DNA from: Massilicoli timonensis
GTDB lineage: Bacteria > Bacillota_I > Bacilli_A > Erysipelotrichales > Erysipelotrichaceae
Assembly: GCF_900199515.1 (NCBI RefSeq)
Contig: NZ_LT963434.1
Location: forward strand, 663,272 to 695,271
Direction: 5' to 3'
Length of the DNA: 32,000 nucleotides
Shown one piece after another: positions 8,976 to 18,877 of this stretch. Below the pieces are notes generated by a model. The model ran no database searches, was not told where the DNA came from, and saw nothing but the letters and a program-made list of their open reading frames with translations. Position numbers and translations under genes: made by a program. Numbering within the stretch: the stretch's first letter is position 1; each line of letters opens with the position of its first letter.

Positions 8976-10340
8976 CTATGACTGACGATCAAAGGCATGA
9001 AGCCAGTCTACTTTTTGATAATAAATGAAGAAAGCAAGTGAACTGAGCGTCCATGTCAGTGGATAAACCCAATACACCATATTGATGGAATTGGTGAGCG
9101 GCACCATGATCATCAAAAACGCCACTCGCACGACGCACCAGAATACCAGCATGACGACCATCGGCACCATTGATTTGCCCGCTCCCCGCAAAATAGCGGA
9201 AATGCAATGAGAATAAGCAAGCAGGCAAAAGAAGAATGCGGCGGTACGTGCCCGATCGCTTCCATATAAGACGACCTGCGGATCATTGTTAAAAGCGACT
9301 ATGAGCAGCGGGGCAAATAAGAAGATCGCAAGACCGATCAGCTCTGCCAAGATCATCGAGCACAGGACACCGAACTTTGCCCCTTTTAAGGTACGGCCAT
9401 ATTGCTTGGCACCCAGATTTTGACCGACAAAGGTCGTCAGCGCCATGGTAAAGCTGGTAATCGGCAAAAAAGCAAAGCCTTCGATCTTTGAAAAAGCGCC
9501 GCAGCCTGCCATCGCCATCTCACCGAACGCATTGATATTAGACTGCACGACGACATTGGCAATCGCGATTATGGAATTTTGAAGGCCGGAAGGGAGCCCA
9601 TAGCGAATCACCATTTTTAAGATCGGCAGATCAAATTTCACTTTCTTGATTTCTACGCGATAAGTTTCTTTTGTGCGAAGCAACTGGATCAAACATAAGA
9701 TCGCACTGATAAACTGCGCTAAGATGGTCGCATAGGCCGCACCGTCTACCCCCATATGAAAGACGGTGATGAATACGATATCCAGCACGATGTTGACGAT
9801 CGAAGAAACGATCAAATAATAAAGCGGATGCTTGGAATCACCGACTGCCTGCAATATGCCGACAAATACATTATACATGACAAGTCCCAGTGAACCGAGA
9901 AAATAGATTCTGAAATAGGCGACTGAATCGGGCATGACATTTTCCGGCGTTCCCATCCAGATCAGGATCTGCGGCGCCAACAGCATGCCGAGGATCGTTA
10001 AAGCGATACCCGCAAAAAGGCCAAAGGCAACGGTCGTATGAATTGCCTTGCTCATGTGTTCATAATCCTTCGCGCCAAAATAGCGAGCGATCACGACCCC
10101 TGCGCCCATCGCAATACCGTTAAACAGACCGACCATCAAAAAGATGAGATTACCTGAAGAACTGACTGCAGCTAAGGCGTTGCTGCCGAGGAAATTCCCG
10201 ACGATCAAAGAATCTGCCGTATTGTATAACTGCTGAAAAAGGTTTCCCAGAAACAGCGGCAGGGCAAAGAAGGTAATCTTTTTCCAAATGATTCCTTCCG
10301 TCATTAAATTTTTTTCTGCATATTCCGCCATGTCTTTCAT
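8976..10340 (-). CDS. MATE family efflux transporter
   Basis: 12-TM-type hydrophobic profile. The N-terminal motif is IWKKITFFALPLFLGNLFQQLYNTADSLIVGNFLG. It ends 16 nt upstream of dgt, so the two are probably co-transcribed. The ATG at 10331 is an alternative start. Confidence 0.9.
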   Translation of the reverse strand: MKDMAEYAEKNLMTEGIIWKKITFFALPLFLGNLFQQLYNTADSLIVGNFLGSNALAAVSSSGNLIFLMVGLFNGIAMGAGVVIARYFGAKDYEHMSKAIHTTVAFGLFAGIALTILGMLLAPQILIWMGTPENVMPDSVAYFRIYFLGSLGLVMYNVFVGILQAVGDSKHPLYYLIVSSIVNIVLDIVFITVFHMGVDGAAYATILAQFISAILCLIQLLRTKETYRVEIKKVKFDLPILKMVIRYGLPSGLQNSIIAIANVVVQSNINAFGEMAMAGCGAFSKIEGFAFLPITSFTMALTTFVGQNLGAKQYGRTLKGAKFGVLCSMILAELIGLAIFLFAPLLIVAFNNDPQVVLYGSDRARTAAFFFCLLAYSHCISAILRGAGKSMVPMVVMLVFWCVVRVAFLMIMVPLTNSINMVYWVYPLTWTLSSLAFFIYYQKVDWLHAFDRQS

Positions 10341-10830
10341 CCCCTATCTTATACCTGTGAAATCAGCATCTGATCACAGGCGTTTTGTTTGCTCTTATAT
10401 CGCAACTGCGCTTGTATCTTTCTATAATTTATTATGATACCACAATTTATGCGAAGCGGCAGTAATTTCTTCGTCTTTTCTTTTCTATCCGGTATGGGGC
10501 ATGAAAAAAGCAGACCTTGTTTCCTTTTTTGACGTCTGCTTGTTACAAAAGTGCCACATGGAGAAAGCGGCTGATCCAAAAACAAAACAGGGTGTTTACA
10601 GGAGATGTCAAAAGACTGCCAGACAATCAGGGGATTCGCTCTTGATCAATTTTTTCTTATCCATCCCTCTGAAAAAGGCGATCGCCTGCTCTATTCTCTT
10701 TTCGATGACAAAGCATGCGCATCACTTTGTTTTGTTTATGTGTTTTTGATTTCCGTTTTTTCTATGCTTTCCCATTTATTCCTTTTATTGGCTTTTTATT
10801 AGCTTTCTTCTTGCATTTGAACCATTTCTT

Positions 10831-11226
10831 TTATTTGGATAATTTCTGTTGGGTTCGTTCGAGGAAAGAAGCTGCTTTTACCACACAGCGCTGATGGGTG
10901 CCTTTCCCGATCATGCCGCAGGCATCTTGTGCTGAAACATCGAACGTGATGATCCGGCGATCGATTGCAACGATCTTTGCGGTTGCTTCGACCTGCATAC
11001 CGATTGGCGTGGCGGCATCATGCGTGATCGACATTGCAATGCCGACAGAAGTTTCTCCCTCATCTAAAAACGGGGCAAGCGCTTCTTTGGCGGCCTGTTC
11101 CATCAAAGCGACCATCATCGGCGTCGCATATACTTCTACATCGCCGCTGCCGATCGTCTTAGCGCTCATTTCCGGGCATACCGTTGTAACGACCGTCTTT
11201 TGTGTTTGTAATGTGATTTCTTTCAT
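10831..11226 (-). CDS. Hotdog-fold thioesterase family protein
   Basis: 131 aa. GSGDVEVYATPMMVALMEQAAKEAL...ETSVGIAMSITHDAATPIG...ITFDVSAQD resembles the small FlK/YbgC-like thioesterase fold. A strong SD (GGAGGAGG) precedes the ATG. Confidence 0.7.
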   Translation of the reverse strand: MKEITLQTQKTVVTTVCPEMSAKTIGSGDVEVYATPMMVALMEQAAKEALAPFLDEGETSVGIAMSITHDAATPIGMQVEATAKIVAIDRRIITFDVSAQDACGMIGKGTHQRCVVKAASFLERTQQKLSK

Positions 11227-11498
11227 GTTCCTCCTCCATGCAATTTTTTATTGCACGTTTTTTATAACGATGGCATTATACCATGAGTTGCGCCAAATTG
11301 CGATGACAATCGGAAAAGTGAAACATTATTTGGATCGGTGCCTGCCGAAACGATCTGATCATAGAATAAGGATGGTGCCGAAATACCGTAATTGTGTGTA
11401 TTTATCCGATCTCCCTATAAGTGAAACTGCTTTTACAGACAATATGAATAAGTGCGCACTTGCCATGGCCAGATGAAACAATGCTTATGAAAAAATAG

Positions 11499-11527
11499 TT
11501 GCAGGAATACTATTTTTATGCTAAAAT
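11499..11527 (+). promoter_or_regulatory. Putative sigma-A promoter for tRNA-Trp
   Basis: TTGCAG, 17 nt, TAAAAT, ending 14 nt before the tRNA 5' end. Confidence 0.5.
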
Positions 11528-11541
11528 GTTCTAGCAATCAT

Positions 11542-11615
11542 AGGGGTGTAGTACAAAGGCAGTATAACGGTCTCCAAAACCGCTGATACGGGTTCGATTC
11601 CTGTCACCCCTGCCA
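11542..11615 (+). tRNA. tRNA-Trp (anticodon CCA)
   Basis: A hand-folded cloverleaf: acceptor AGGGGTG/CACCCCT, anticodon loop CTCCAAA, T-loop TTCGATT, encoded CCA end. Length 74 nt. Confidence 0.9.
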
Positions 11616-11625
11616 TTATGCAAGC

Positions 11626-11674
11626 AAACGAATTTTGTTGTTTTTCCAAAAGCGTTCAAAATTCGTTTTTTTTA
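11626..11674 (+). terminator. Rho-independent terminator after tRNA-Trp
   Basis: Perfect 12-bp stem aaacgaattttg / caaaattcgttt followed by a T-run. Confidence 0.75.
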
Positions 11675-11704
11675 TATCTTTCTTGCGTTTTTCCCCCTCT
11701 TTTA

Positions 11705-12532
11705 TTATCTATTGTTCCCGCAATACAGAGTTTTTTCATCTGCGTTCTTGATCTTGATTTGCAGCTGCGTGATATACTCCTTTGGATCAATCGTTTCATG
11801 CACATCAATGATCAATAGTTCCAGTGCATCGCCATCGGCTTCATATCCCATTTTTCGCATATAGGCCATCATTTCATACAAATGTTCAAAGTTTTGATCT
11901 TTCTTGCCGCGGTAAGAAAGCGTCAGATAAGTGCCCTGCGGCAGTTCAAATTCATAAGAAAGCAGTGTGTCTCCCATGATCAGCACATCTTTATAATGAC
12001 AAGGATGAGCATGAATATCAATGATACAGCCGGTATTGAAATTAGCGATCGCAAACAGGTTTTCTTCATATTCTTTGCTAAGCTTAGCTAATAGAAAATC
12101 ATTGTCATTGGCATCATTGGTCGTCGTTTTCAAAGTAACGCATTTGCGTTTCGGCAGCTTTTTTACCTGTATTTTGTCAAATGTCATCTTTTGTGTTTTC
12201 AACAGTTCTTCTTTTCGCCGCTCCATATCAAAACGCATATTTTGCAGCTCCGCCATTTTTTGATCGATGACCTTGATTTCTTCTTCAAATAAATGCAGTG
12301 AATTTTCAATGCTGCGATTTTCTAAATATGTTTTGATCTTAGCCATAGAAAACCCCAGATTGCGCATGTCTTTGATAATATTCAGCCGATATATATCATG
12401 CGTGGAATACTGACGGTAGCGATTTTCTCCCCGCTTTGGCTGTAAAATCCCCAATTCTTCATAATAGCGCAGTGAATCAACACCGATATTATATAGTTTC
12501 GCAATTTCATTGATCTTATAATACTGTTTCAT
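11705..12532 (-). CDS. MerR family transcriptional regulator with C-terminal effector-binding (GyrI-like) domain
   Basis: MerR HTH: YKINEIAKLYNIGVDSLRYYEELGILQPKRGENRYRQYSTHDIYRLNIIKDMRNLGFSMAKIKTYL, then a coiled coil and a C-terminal domain of about 150 aa. Start at ATG 12532 (GAGGTGATTTT-ATG). Confidence 0.85.
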   Translation of the reverse strand: MKQYYKINEIAKLYNIGVDSLRYYEELGILQPKRGENRYRQYSTHDIYRLNIIKDMRNLGFSMAKIKTYLENRSIENSLHLFEEEIKVIDQKMAELQNMRFDMERRKEELLKTQKMTFDKIQVKKLPKRKCVTLKTTTNDANDNDFLLAKLSKEYEENLFAIANFNTGCIIDIHAHPCHYKDVLIMGDTLLSYEFELPQGTYLTLSYRGKKDQNFEHLYEMMAYMRKMGYEADGDALELLIIDVHETIDPKEYITQLQIKIKNADEKTLYCGNNR

Positions 12533-12543
12533 AAAATCACCTC

Positions 12544-12574
12544 TTGACCTTAGTATTATACTAGAGTTTACAAT
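12544..12574 (+). promoter_or_regulatory. MerR-type promoter (19-bp spacer with internal dyad) driving the downstream MATE gene
   Basis: TTGACC (12544-12549), 19 nt, TACAAT (12569-12574). The spacer holds the near-palindrome TTAGTAT-T-ATACTAG. This is the geometry expected for MerR-activated promoters. It is divergent from the merR-like gene. Confidence 0.6.
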
Positions 12575-12634
12575 AAGATACAAGGAAGGAAAAAGAGAGG
12601 AATTTACGTTTTTATCCTGCTCGGAGGTGTTAGC

Positions 12635-13957
12635 TTGAACTCGAAAAAACAGTTTTTGAAATTTGTGATCCCATCTGTCCTATCAATGCTGATCTTTAAT
12701 CTCTATACGATGGTAGATGGCATCTATGTTGCGCAGATCGTCGGTGAAACTGCTCTTTCTGCCGTCAATATTTCTATTCCTTATACCAATTTCATCTTTG
12801 CCTTTGCCCTGCTTTTCGCAGTTGGCACTTCAACGGTGGTTGCGATCTACCGCGGACAGGGAGATCTGCGTGAAGCAAATGAAACATTTACGAAGAATAC
12901 GGTATTTTTATCTGTCTGCGGCTTGCTGGTTACCGTTTTCGCTGTCTTGAATCTGGAAACGCTAGCACGATTTTTAGGGGCGAGTGAAACGACGATGCCT
13001 TATGTGAAAGATTACCTGGGGATCATCGTCTGGTTCTCTTATTTCTATATCGTCAGTTATTCACTGGAGGTTTTGGTGAAAACCGATGGTTTCCCGATGA
13101 TTTCAACACTTGGAGTTTTCATCGGTGCGCTGACCAATATTATATTAGATGCAGTATTTATGATCCTGTTTGATATGGGAATTGCCGGCGCCGCGCTTGC
13201 GACCGGATTATCACAGGTGCTGACGTTCTCGGTCTTTTTCATACATTTCTTAAGACACAAAGGCAGTATTCGCTGGTGCCGCTTCCAATTTGATTTTCGC
13301 ATTTATAAGCGTATCATTCCAATCGGTTTGGCTGATTTCATCACGGAGCTTTCAGCCGGTATCATCGTTTTTATGTTTAATCATGCGATCCTCACTTATA
13401 TCGGCGATGCGGGATTGGTTACCTATACAATCATTACATATGTCTATAATTTGGTCATGATGACCTTTTCGGGCATATCACAGGGCATGCAGCCGCTTGT
13501 CAGCTATCACTATGGAAAGCAGGATGTTCATGCATATCATACCTTTTTCAAATATGCCCTGTTTTCCACCCTGATCGCTTCGCTTTTCGCACTTGTCATC
13601 TGCTTATTTGGTACGAAATGGATCGTGATGATCTTCTTATCGCCTGATTCGCAGCCGCTGTTTTCAAATACGCTCTATGCGTTTCGCTGCTTCTCGCTTT
13701 GTTATCTGGTCATCGGCTACAATATTGTGATTGCCGGTTATTTTGCAGCGGTCGAAAAAAGCCGTAATTCTTTCCTGATCTCCGTTTTGCGTGGATTTGT
13801 ATTGATTGCTTTTGCGCTGTTTTTTACCTCTTACTGTTTTGGCGGAGATGGAATCTGGTTCTCAACACTGATCTGTGAAGGACTTTGCCTAATCGTAAGT
13901 CTATTCTTGATCTTGAGGCAGAAAAAGCAGGAAAGAGCAACAGGCAAAGCAGCGTGA
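12635..13957 (+). CDS. MATE family efflux transporter
   Basis: 440 aa polytopic protein. N-terminal MATE motif: FLKFVIPSVLSMLIFNLYTMVDGIYVAQIVGETALSAVN. TTG start preceded by GGAGGTG. Confidence 0.9.
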   Translation: MNSKKQFLKFVIPSVLSMLIFNLYTMVDGIYVAQIVGETALSAVNISIPYTNFIFAFALLFAVGTSTVVAIYRGQGDLREANETFTKNTVFLSVCGLLVTVFAVLNLETLARFLGASETTMPYVKDYLGIIVWFSYFYIVSYSLEVLVKTDGFPMISTLGVFIGALTNIILDAVFMILFDMGIAGAALATGLSQVLTFSVFFIHFLRHKGSIRWCRFQFDFRIYKRIIPIGLADFITELSAGIIVFMFNHAILTYIGDAGLVTYTIITYVYNLVMMTFSGISQGMQPLVSYHYGKQDVHAYHTFFKYALFSTLIASLFALVICLFGTKWIVMIFLSPDSQPLFSNTLYAFRCFSLCYLVIGYNIVIAGYFAAVEKSRNSFLISVLRGFVLIAFALFFTSYCFGGDGIWFSTLICEGLCLIVSLFLILRQKKQERATGKAA

Positions 13958-14023
13958 TCCGATCATGATCGCTTATGTAATTGTCCATTTCACTTGCATG
14001 CGGACTTGCCCTTATAAATAAAA

Positions 14024-14096
14024 TATCGCTGCCAAGTAAAGAAAAGCGAAAATCTATATCGCTTCGACTTCTTTCCTTTCGGCAGCGGTATTTTTA
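14024..14096. terminator. Possible bidirectional terminator (nested hairpins) between the MATE gene and the PRD regulator
   Basis: Outer stem tcgctgcc / ggcagcg(g); inner stem aagcga / tcgctt. T-rich runs follow on both strands. Confidence 0.4.
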
Positions 14097-14326
14097 TATT
14101 GTAATCTTTTTTATGTACAAAGGCTATGGTTTCATCTGCTTCTCATTCTCAAGCGATCGATTGCTTTAACAGCATGCGCTTTCTCCTATCTTTTTACAGA
14201 TTCTTCAGTATCTTTGGACAGAAAGAAAGTGTAAGGAAGCAATGTGCTGCAAAAGCGGAAACGATATCAGAGGGTACTCTCCTATTATCTGCTTCCTTAG
14301 ATCAAACAAGAAACAGGAGATGATGC

Positions 14327-16249
14327 TTATGATAGCTGTTTCGTATGAATGAAACTCTGTATACTTTTCTTGATCGTTTCCAAATCAAAATGCTTCAACA
14401 GCTGATTCATATCATGATTTGCTTTTAGCCACGCCGCAACAAAGTCAAACAGGCGTTCTGCTGTTTGTTCTAAACAGGATCTTACTTGGATCATGACGAT
14501 CATTTGAATCAGCTTTTGATCTAACATCAGCGGATGCGCTAATGTAGCCATACAAATAAAGGTTGCATCACTTAACGTATCAGTCAAAACGATCGCGCAT
14601 TGATTAGAGAAGGTCAAGAAGCGATATTCCTCAATTTCCTCAAGATGAAACAGCGTTTTTTTCTGTAATTGCCGCATTTTCAAATTGCACGCGGCAATCA
14701 AAGCCGTCTTATTTTCCGCCACCAGATCTTTCCAGATCAGTTCTTCATGCAAATACTCTTCAATTCTTAAAGACTGATAGCGCTGTGTTTGATAAAACGT
14801 TCTCACTTCCTGCAAACCTTCCTCATAGGAATCAATGTAATAAACAGGTATCTGCACACCGCGAATCGGTACGGTAGACACCAGCATTTGATAGGAAGAC
14901 AATTCTTTTTCATTGATCTGCTGGATATCACGCAGATCTACCTCCACCCCAAGTGGGTTCAAAATTTCGCTCAACTGATTGAGTATGGTAATGGATTCCG
15001 GTCTGCCTCTGCCGCAGATCAATGCCGCTTTTTCTTTACGGCGCTGCTGCATCAGGATCATGTTGAAATATAAAACAAGATAAGCAAATTCGTGCATATC
15101 AATTTTGATTTGTATTCTTTGTTCGATGATACGGCAGGCAAAAGCAGTTGCCAGTGCCGCATAAGGATAACGGGTCATGATCTGCGCTGCCTGTGGGTTG
15201 CGCATCGGCAAATGGATCTGATAACGCTGGACCATTTGCACGATATGTGTCTTAAAAAATAAGGCGATCTCATCACTGATGAAAAAATCGATCCCAAAAA
15301 CCTGTTTCATCATCTCCGTAATTTCCCCTATCAATTCATTCAGCCAAGCATAACGCGCATCGCCAATAGGAATCTCATCCATCTTCTTGCTGATGAAGTG
15401 GAGCGCTAAATAAGCGATTTCTGCTTTTGGCAGCGTCATATCCATGTATTCTTCCAATATATGACCATAGGCACAAGCTGCCTGATATGCACTGCTTCCC
15501 TGCAAAAAGGCAGCTTCTCCACTGTCGATCTGCACATATTCACTGAAGGTCAAGCGTCTGATCATGATCATAATGTGGATCATAAGATATTCCTGCGACT
15601 GATTTGACATACGGATTCCATAAGCATCCAACACTTTGCACAATTCTTTCTGCAGTTTGGTTACTTCCTCGTGGTTGCCGATAAACATTGCATGATCCAG
15701 CGCATAAAATTTTGCATCTACTCCGGAATGAAAGAAAAAATCAGCAATGCAGCGACGTTTTGCCACTTCATTTCCCAAAATCATCGTACCTTTTCCGGGA
15801 CGATGAATCAAAGTGAGGTCATAACGCTTCAGCAGTTCCTTTACCGTTTTCATATCATTGGTGATCGTGGAACGACTGATAAATAATTCTTCCGCTAGAT
15901 CATCTAATTTAATGAAATAGTCGATAGTCAGTAGTTTACGTATGATATAATTGACCCGTTGTGAAAAGCCGTTTGGAATGACATTATTCTGGGCCATTTC
16001 ATTCAGATCTAATTCTTTGATCAGTTTTTGTTTCTGATGAGGTGTATCATAAGTCAAATAATAACCGATCCCTTGCTTGGCAATTAAAGAAGCACCGTAC
16101 GCCGATACGAAAACTGCCAGTTCTTTCAGATCTTTTTTTACGGTGCGCGATGTAACTGAAACTGCATCAGCCAAGGTTTTACTAGTCATCGGCTCCTGGC
16201 TTTTTAAGAGCAGATTCAGTAATATCGCTTGTCGTTTGCTGATATACAT
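14327..16249 (-). CDS. PRD-domain transcriptional regulator (HTH-HTH-PRD-PRD-EIIB-like-EIIA-like; MtlR/ManR/LicR class)
   Basis: Two N-terminal HTH segments (TSKTLADAVSVTSRTVKKDLKEL; LDDLAEELFISRSTITNDMKTVKELL). Central PRD-like helices carry His (YLMIHIMIMIRRL, IAYLALHF, FAYLVLYF). There is an EIIB-like Cys segment (KAALICGRGRPES). No AAA+/sigma-54 module is visible. Confidence 0.8.
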   Translation of the reverse strand: MYISKRQAILLNLLLKSQEPMTSKTLADAVSVTSRTVKKDLKELAVFVSAYGASLIAKQGIGYYLTYDTPHQKQKLIKELDLNEMAQNNVIPNGFSQRVNYIIRKLLTIDYFIKLDDLAEELFISRSTITNDMKTVKELLKRYDLTLIHRPGKGTMILGNEVAKRRCIADFFFHSGVDAKFYALDHAMFIGNHEEVTKLQKELCKVLDAYGIRMSNQSQEYLMIHIMIMIRRLTFSEYVQIDSGEAAFLQGSSAYQAACAYGHILEEYMDMTLPKAEIAYLALHFISKKMDEIPIGDARYAWLNELIGEITEMMKQVFGIDFFISDEIALFFKTHIVQMVQRYQIHLPMRNPQAAQIMTRYPYAALATAFACRIIEQRIQIKIDMHEFAYLVLYFNMILMQQRRKEKAALICGRGRPESITILNQLSEILNPLGVEVDLRDIQQINEKELSSYQMLVSTVPIRGVQIPVYYIDSYEEGLQEVRTFYQTQRYQSLRIEEYLHEELIWKDLVAENKTALIAACNLKMRQLQKKTLFHLEEIEEYRFLTFSNQCAIVLTDTLSDATFICMATLAHPLMLDQKLIQMIVMIQVRSCLEQTAERLFDFVAAWLKANHDMNQLLKHFDLETIKKSIQSFIHTKQLS

Positions 16250-16478
16250 GCTATCACCTCATTTCTATTTTTATCTTATCGCATTCTCTTTGATCCTGCC
16301 AGTCATGCAAGCATTTTGGTAATCTTTTCCTTTTTACATGGGAAAGATGACAGCATATATACATACACTGTCATCTGACACAAATGTTTCAGCTCATCAA
16401 GCAGAAACAGAAGGGAGTTGTGAAAAAAGAGCCTGTCTTTTTTCTATCTGACATGAATCATCTCATGTACAGATCTAC

Positions 16479-17648
16479 TTATTTCCCCACCTGCGCTACG
16501 TAAGGATAAATCACGGTCTTGATCCCGACATCAGAATCGTCATGCCCAAATGGATAATCACTTCCGATGCCATAGTCCCAACTGCGATAAACAGCAAGCA
16601 TCTGCGCAACCATTACGTAAGGAAGCGTCAGATATGCCGAAGGCACATCTTTACCATCAATTACGATGACTGTATCACAAACCTCATGCAGCGCCTGCTC
16701 ATCTTGCGTACAAAGTGCAATGAAACAGCTGTTTTGTTTATGATACTCCTTCATTTCTTTTAACATATCCATTGCATACCGATTGGCGTAAGCATCGTTT
16801 TCAAAATACATGACGATAAGATTATGATCATCGGTCTTTACAAAACTGCTTGGACCATGACGATAGCCAAGCGGTGATTCATACATGGTAGACAGTTCTC
16901 CCGCAGTCACTTCCAAGGCCTTTAACGCACTTTCCTGCGCAACACCTTTCAAAGTGCCGCCGCCCAGATACACCAGTCTTTCAAAAGCGGTTTCTTTAAC
17001 GAGTTTACGCAGTTTACTGCCGTATTCCTCTAAAATATAATTGCCGGCATCCGCCATCTTTTCAACACTGTGTTTTTTCGTTTCCGCTGTCTCCGTACCG
17101 AAGATCAACAAAGCGGCGAGCACCATTGCAGTATAACTGGATGTCATTGCGAAACTGGCATCATTGGTACCTTCCGGCATCAGCAATAGATATGTATGAT
17201 CATTGTTTTTCGCATATTGCGCCAATTTGCCATTTGGATTACAGGTAATGAACAAATGGTCGATATGCGAACAAACCTGATTAGCTAATTCAACGGAAGC
17301 CATTGACTCCGGTGAATTACCGCTTCTTGCACAGTTTACCAATAAGATTTTTTTATCAGGATCAAGATAATAATAAGGATGACTGATCAGATCGGTGGTA
17401 CCAATGGAAAGAATCTGTTCTTTTCTTTGGTAAAAGGAACGATAGATACTGTTCCCGACAAATTCACTGGTGCCGGCACCGGTAAAAAGAATCACATCAT
17501 GCCCCTGTATAAAGTTTTGCAAGGCCGATTCCTGCTGCTGCACCAACTCCCAGACTTCTCGCCAAATACGCGGCTGCTGAGAAATCTCCCGAATGACCGA
17601 TTCTGAGTCTTTTATGATCTCTAAGGCAACCCCACTTGTATCAATCAT
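16479..17648 (-). CDS. SIS-domain sugar-phosphate isomerase/deaminase, AgaS-like
   Basis: 389 aa with two SIS repeats (ILFTGAGTSEFVG...; LVYLGGGTLKGVAQESALK). The size and motifs resemble AgaS. It is the last gene of the PTS operon. Confidence 0.75.
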   Translation of the reverse strand: MIDTSGVALEIIKDSESVIREISQQPRIWREVWELVQQQESALQNFIQGHDVILFTGAGTSEFVGNSIYRSFYQRKEQILSIGTTDLISHPYYYLDPDKKILLVNCARSGNSPESMASVELANQVCSHIDHLFITCNPNGKLAQYAKNNDHTYLLLMPEGTNDASFAMTSSYTAMVLAALLIFGTETAETKKHSVEKMADAGNYILEEYGSKLRKLVKETAFERLVYLGGGTLKGVAQESALKALEVTAGELSTMYESPLGYRHGPSSFVKTDDHNLIVMYFENDAYANRYAMDMLKEMKEYHKQNSCFIALCTQDEQALHEVCDTVIVIDGKDVPSAYLTLPYVMVAQMLAVYRSWDYGIGSDYPFGHDDSDVGIKTVIYPYVAQVGK

Positions 17649-18061
17649 TATATTCCACCTTCCTTTTTCTTTTTGCGCTCTGCGTTCATTTTGAAACAGA
17701 GCGCTGTTGTTTTTGTCGCGTTTATCATTGTTTTACAAATTTCACTTAAAGAATCTTCACGGATATAGATTGCCTCTAAAATAGCGGCAAGATTTATTCC
17801 CGCAACGATCCTTACATTTTGATGGTCTTGAAACAGCATAGAACTGACCGTAAACGGCGTCGCTCCTGCCAGATCACAGACAAAGATGTATTGTTCTCCC
17901 TGCTTTACCGTCTGCAAATACTGTCTTTTTAATTCTTCCAGCGGTTTTGTCGTATCATAGTCGATATAAGAAAGACACTCCTGTTCCCCACAGATCGCCT
18001 CGATTGCCGAGCGCATCGCTGTCGCATAATTTGCATGCCCTGTGATAATGTAGTGAATCAT
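17648..18061 (-). CDS. PTS mannose-family EIIA component
   Basis: MIHYIITGHANYATAM carries the N-terminal phospho-His context. About 137 aa. Its stop overlaps the start of the downstream SIS gene. Confidence 0.8.
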   Translation of the reverse strand: MIHYIITGHANYATAMRSAIEAICGEQECLSYIDYDTTKPLEELKRQYLQTVKQGEQYIFVCDLAGATPFTVSSMLFQDHQNVRIVAGINLAAILEAIYIREDSLSEICKTMINATKTTALCFKMNAERKKKKEGGI

Positions 18062-18082
18062 CCTGCATACCTGTATACCTTT

Positions 18083-18877
18083 TTATACGATGCTTAAATA
18101 AGAAAGAATCACGGCAATGACGATGATCAGTGCAATCAAGATCGTCGGTTTAACTTTCTTTCTCTTATACAGGTAATAAACACCTGCGGTTATGACTGCC
18201 GGGAGCAAGTTAGGGAAAATATTATCGATCAAATCCGCCTGTAAGGAAATCGTACTGGATTCATTTAACACGATTTCCGGAAGCAGATTGATGGAAATGA
18301 CCGATGCGACCAATCCACCGATTACCGTTGTTCCTAAAATGGTGGCTGCTCGTGATACTTTTGCGGTCTGTTCTTTTAAGGTGCTGACTGCTTTTGTACC
18401 TAAGCGATAGCCGATTCTTGCCAGCGGAAAACGGCAGCAGAAGAATGCGGCGAATACGATGAAATACAGTACTGGTCCCAGTACGCTGCCTTGCTGAGCA
18501 ATAGATGAAGCGATACCTGCAGTAATCGGCAGCACCGTAAACCAGAATAAGGCATCGCCAATACCGGCAATCGGCGCAAACATAGAATTCTTTAAGCCGT
18601 CAATCAGTTCTCTTGGCTCATGCGCTTCTTCCATCGCCATTAGGATCCCCATTAAAAACGGCGCTAAGGTCGGGTGGGTATTGATGAAACTGGTATGATG
18701 GGAAAGCGCTTTTCCAAGCCCTTCTTTGTCATCACCGTAAATTTTCCCCAGAGTCGGTGCAACTGCCGCTGCCCAACCGGCTCCCTGCATTCTTTCATAG
18801 TTGAATGAAGCTTGTAAAAAAATAGAATTGAATGCCAGACGGTTAATATCGCGATTGGTTAGTTTTTTAGATTCCAC
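18083..18877 (-). CDS. PTS mannose/fructose/sorbose/GalNAc-family EIID component
   Basis: LTNRDINRLAFNSIFLQASFNYERMQGAGWAAAVAP...HHTSFINTHP is the characteristic IID N-terminus. The C-terminus is hydrophobic. Confidence 0.9.
   Translation of the reverse strand: MESKKLTNRDINRLAFNSIFLQASFNYERMQGAGWAAAVAPTLGKIYGDDKEGLGKALSHHTSFINTHPTLAPFLMGILMAMEEAHEPRELIDGLKNSMFAPIAGIGDALFWFTVLPITAGIASSIAQQGSVLGPVLYFIVFAAFFCCRFPLARIGYRLGTKAVSTLKEQTAKVSRAATILGTTVIGGLVASVISINLLPEIVLNESSTISLQADLIDNIFPNLLPAVITAGVYYLYKRKKVKPTILIALIIVIAVILSYLSIV

Noticed and set aside
10349-10830. A roughly 480-nt spacer between the thioesterase and MATE genes, with small ORFs (78, 82 and 65 aa) and a hairpin (aagcagac/gtctgctt plus T-run on the minus strand at about 10501-10541)
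   Set aside because: The small ORFs lack RBSs and have implausible composition. The hairpin is probably just the thioesterase terminator. It lies about 300 nt from the stop codon, so I did not list it as a confident feature.
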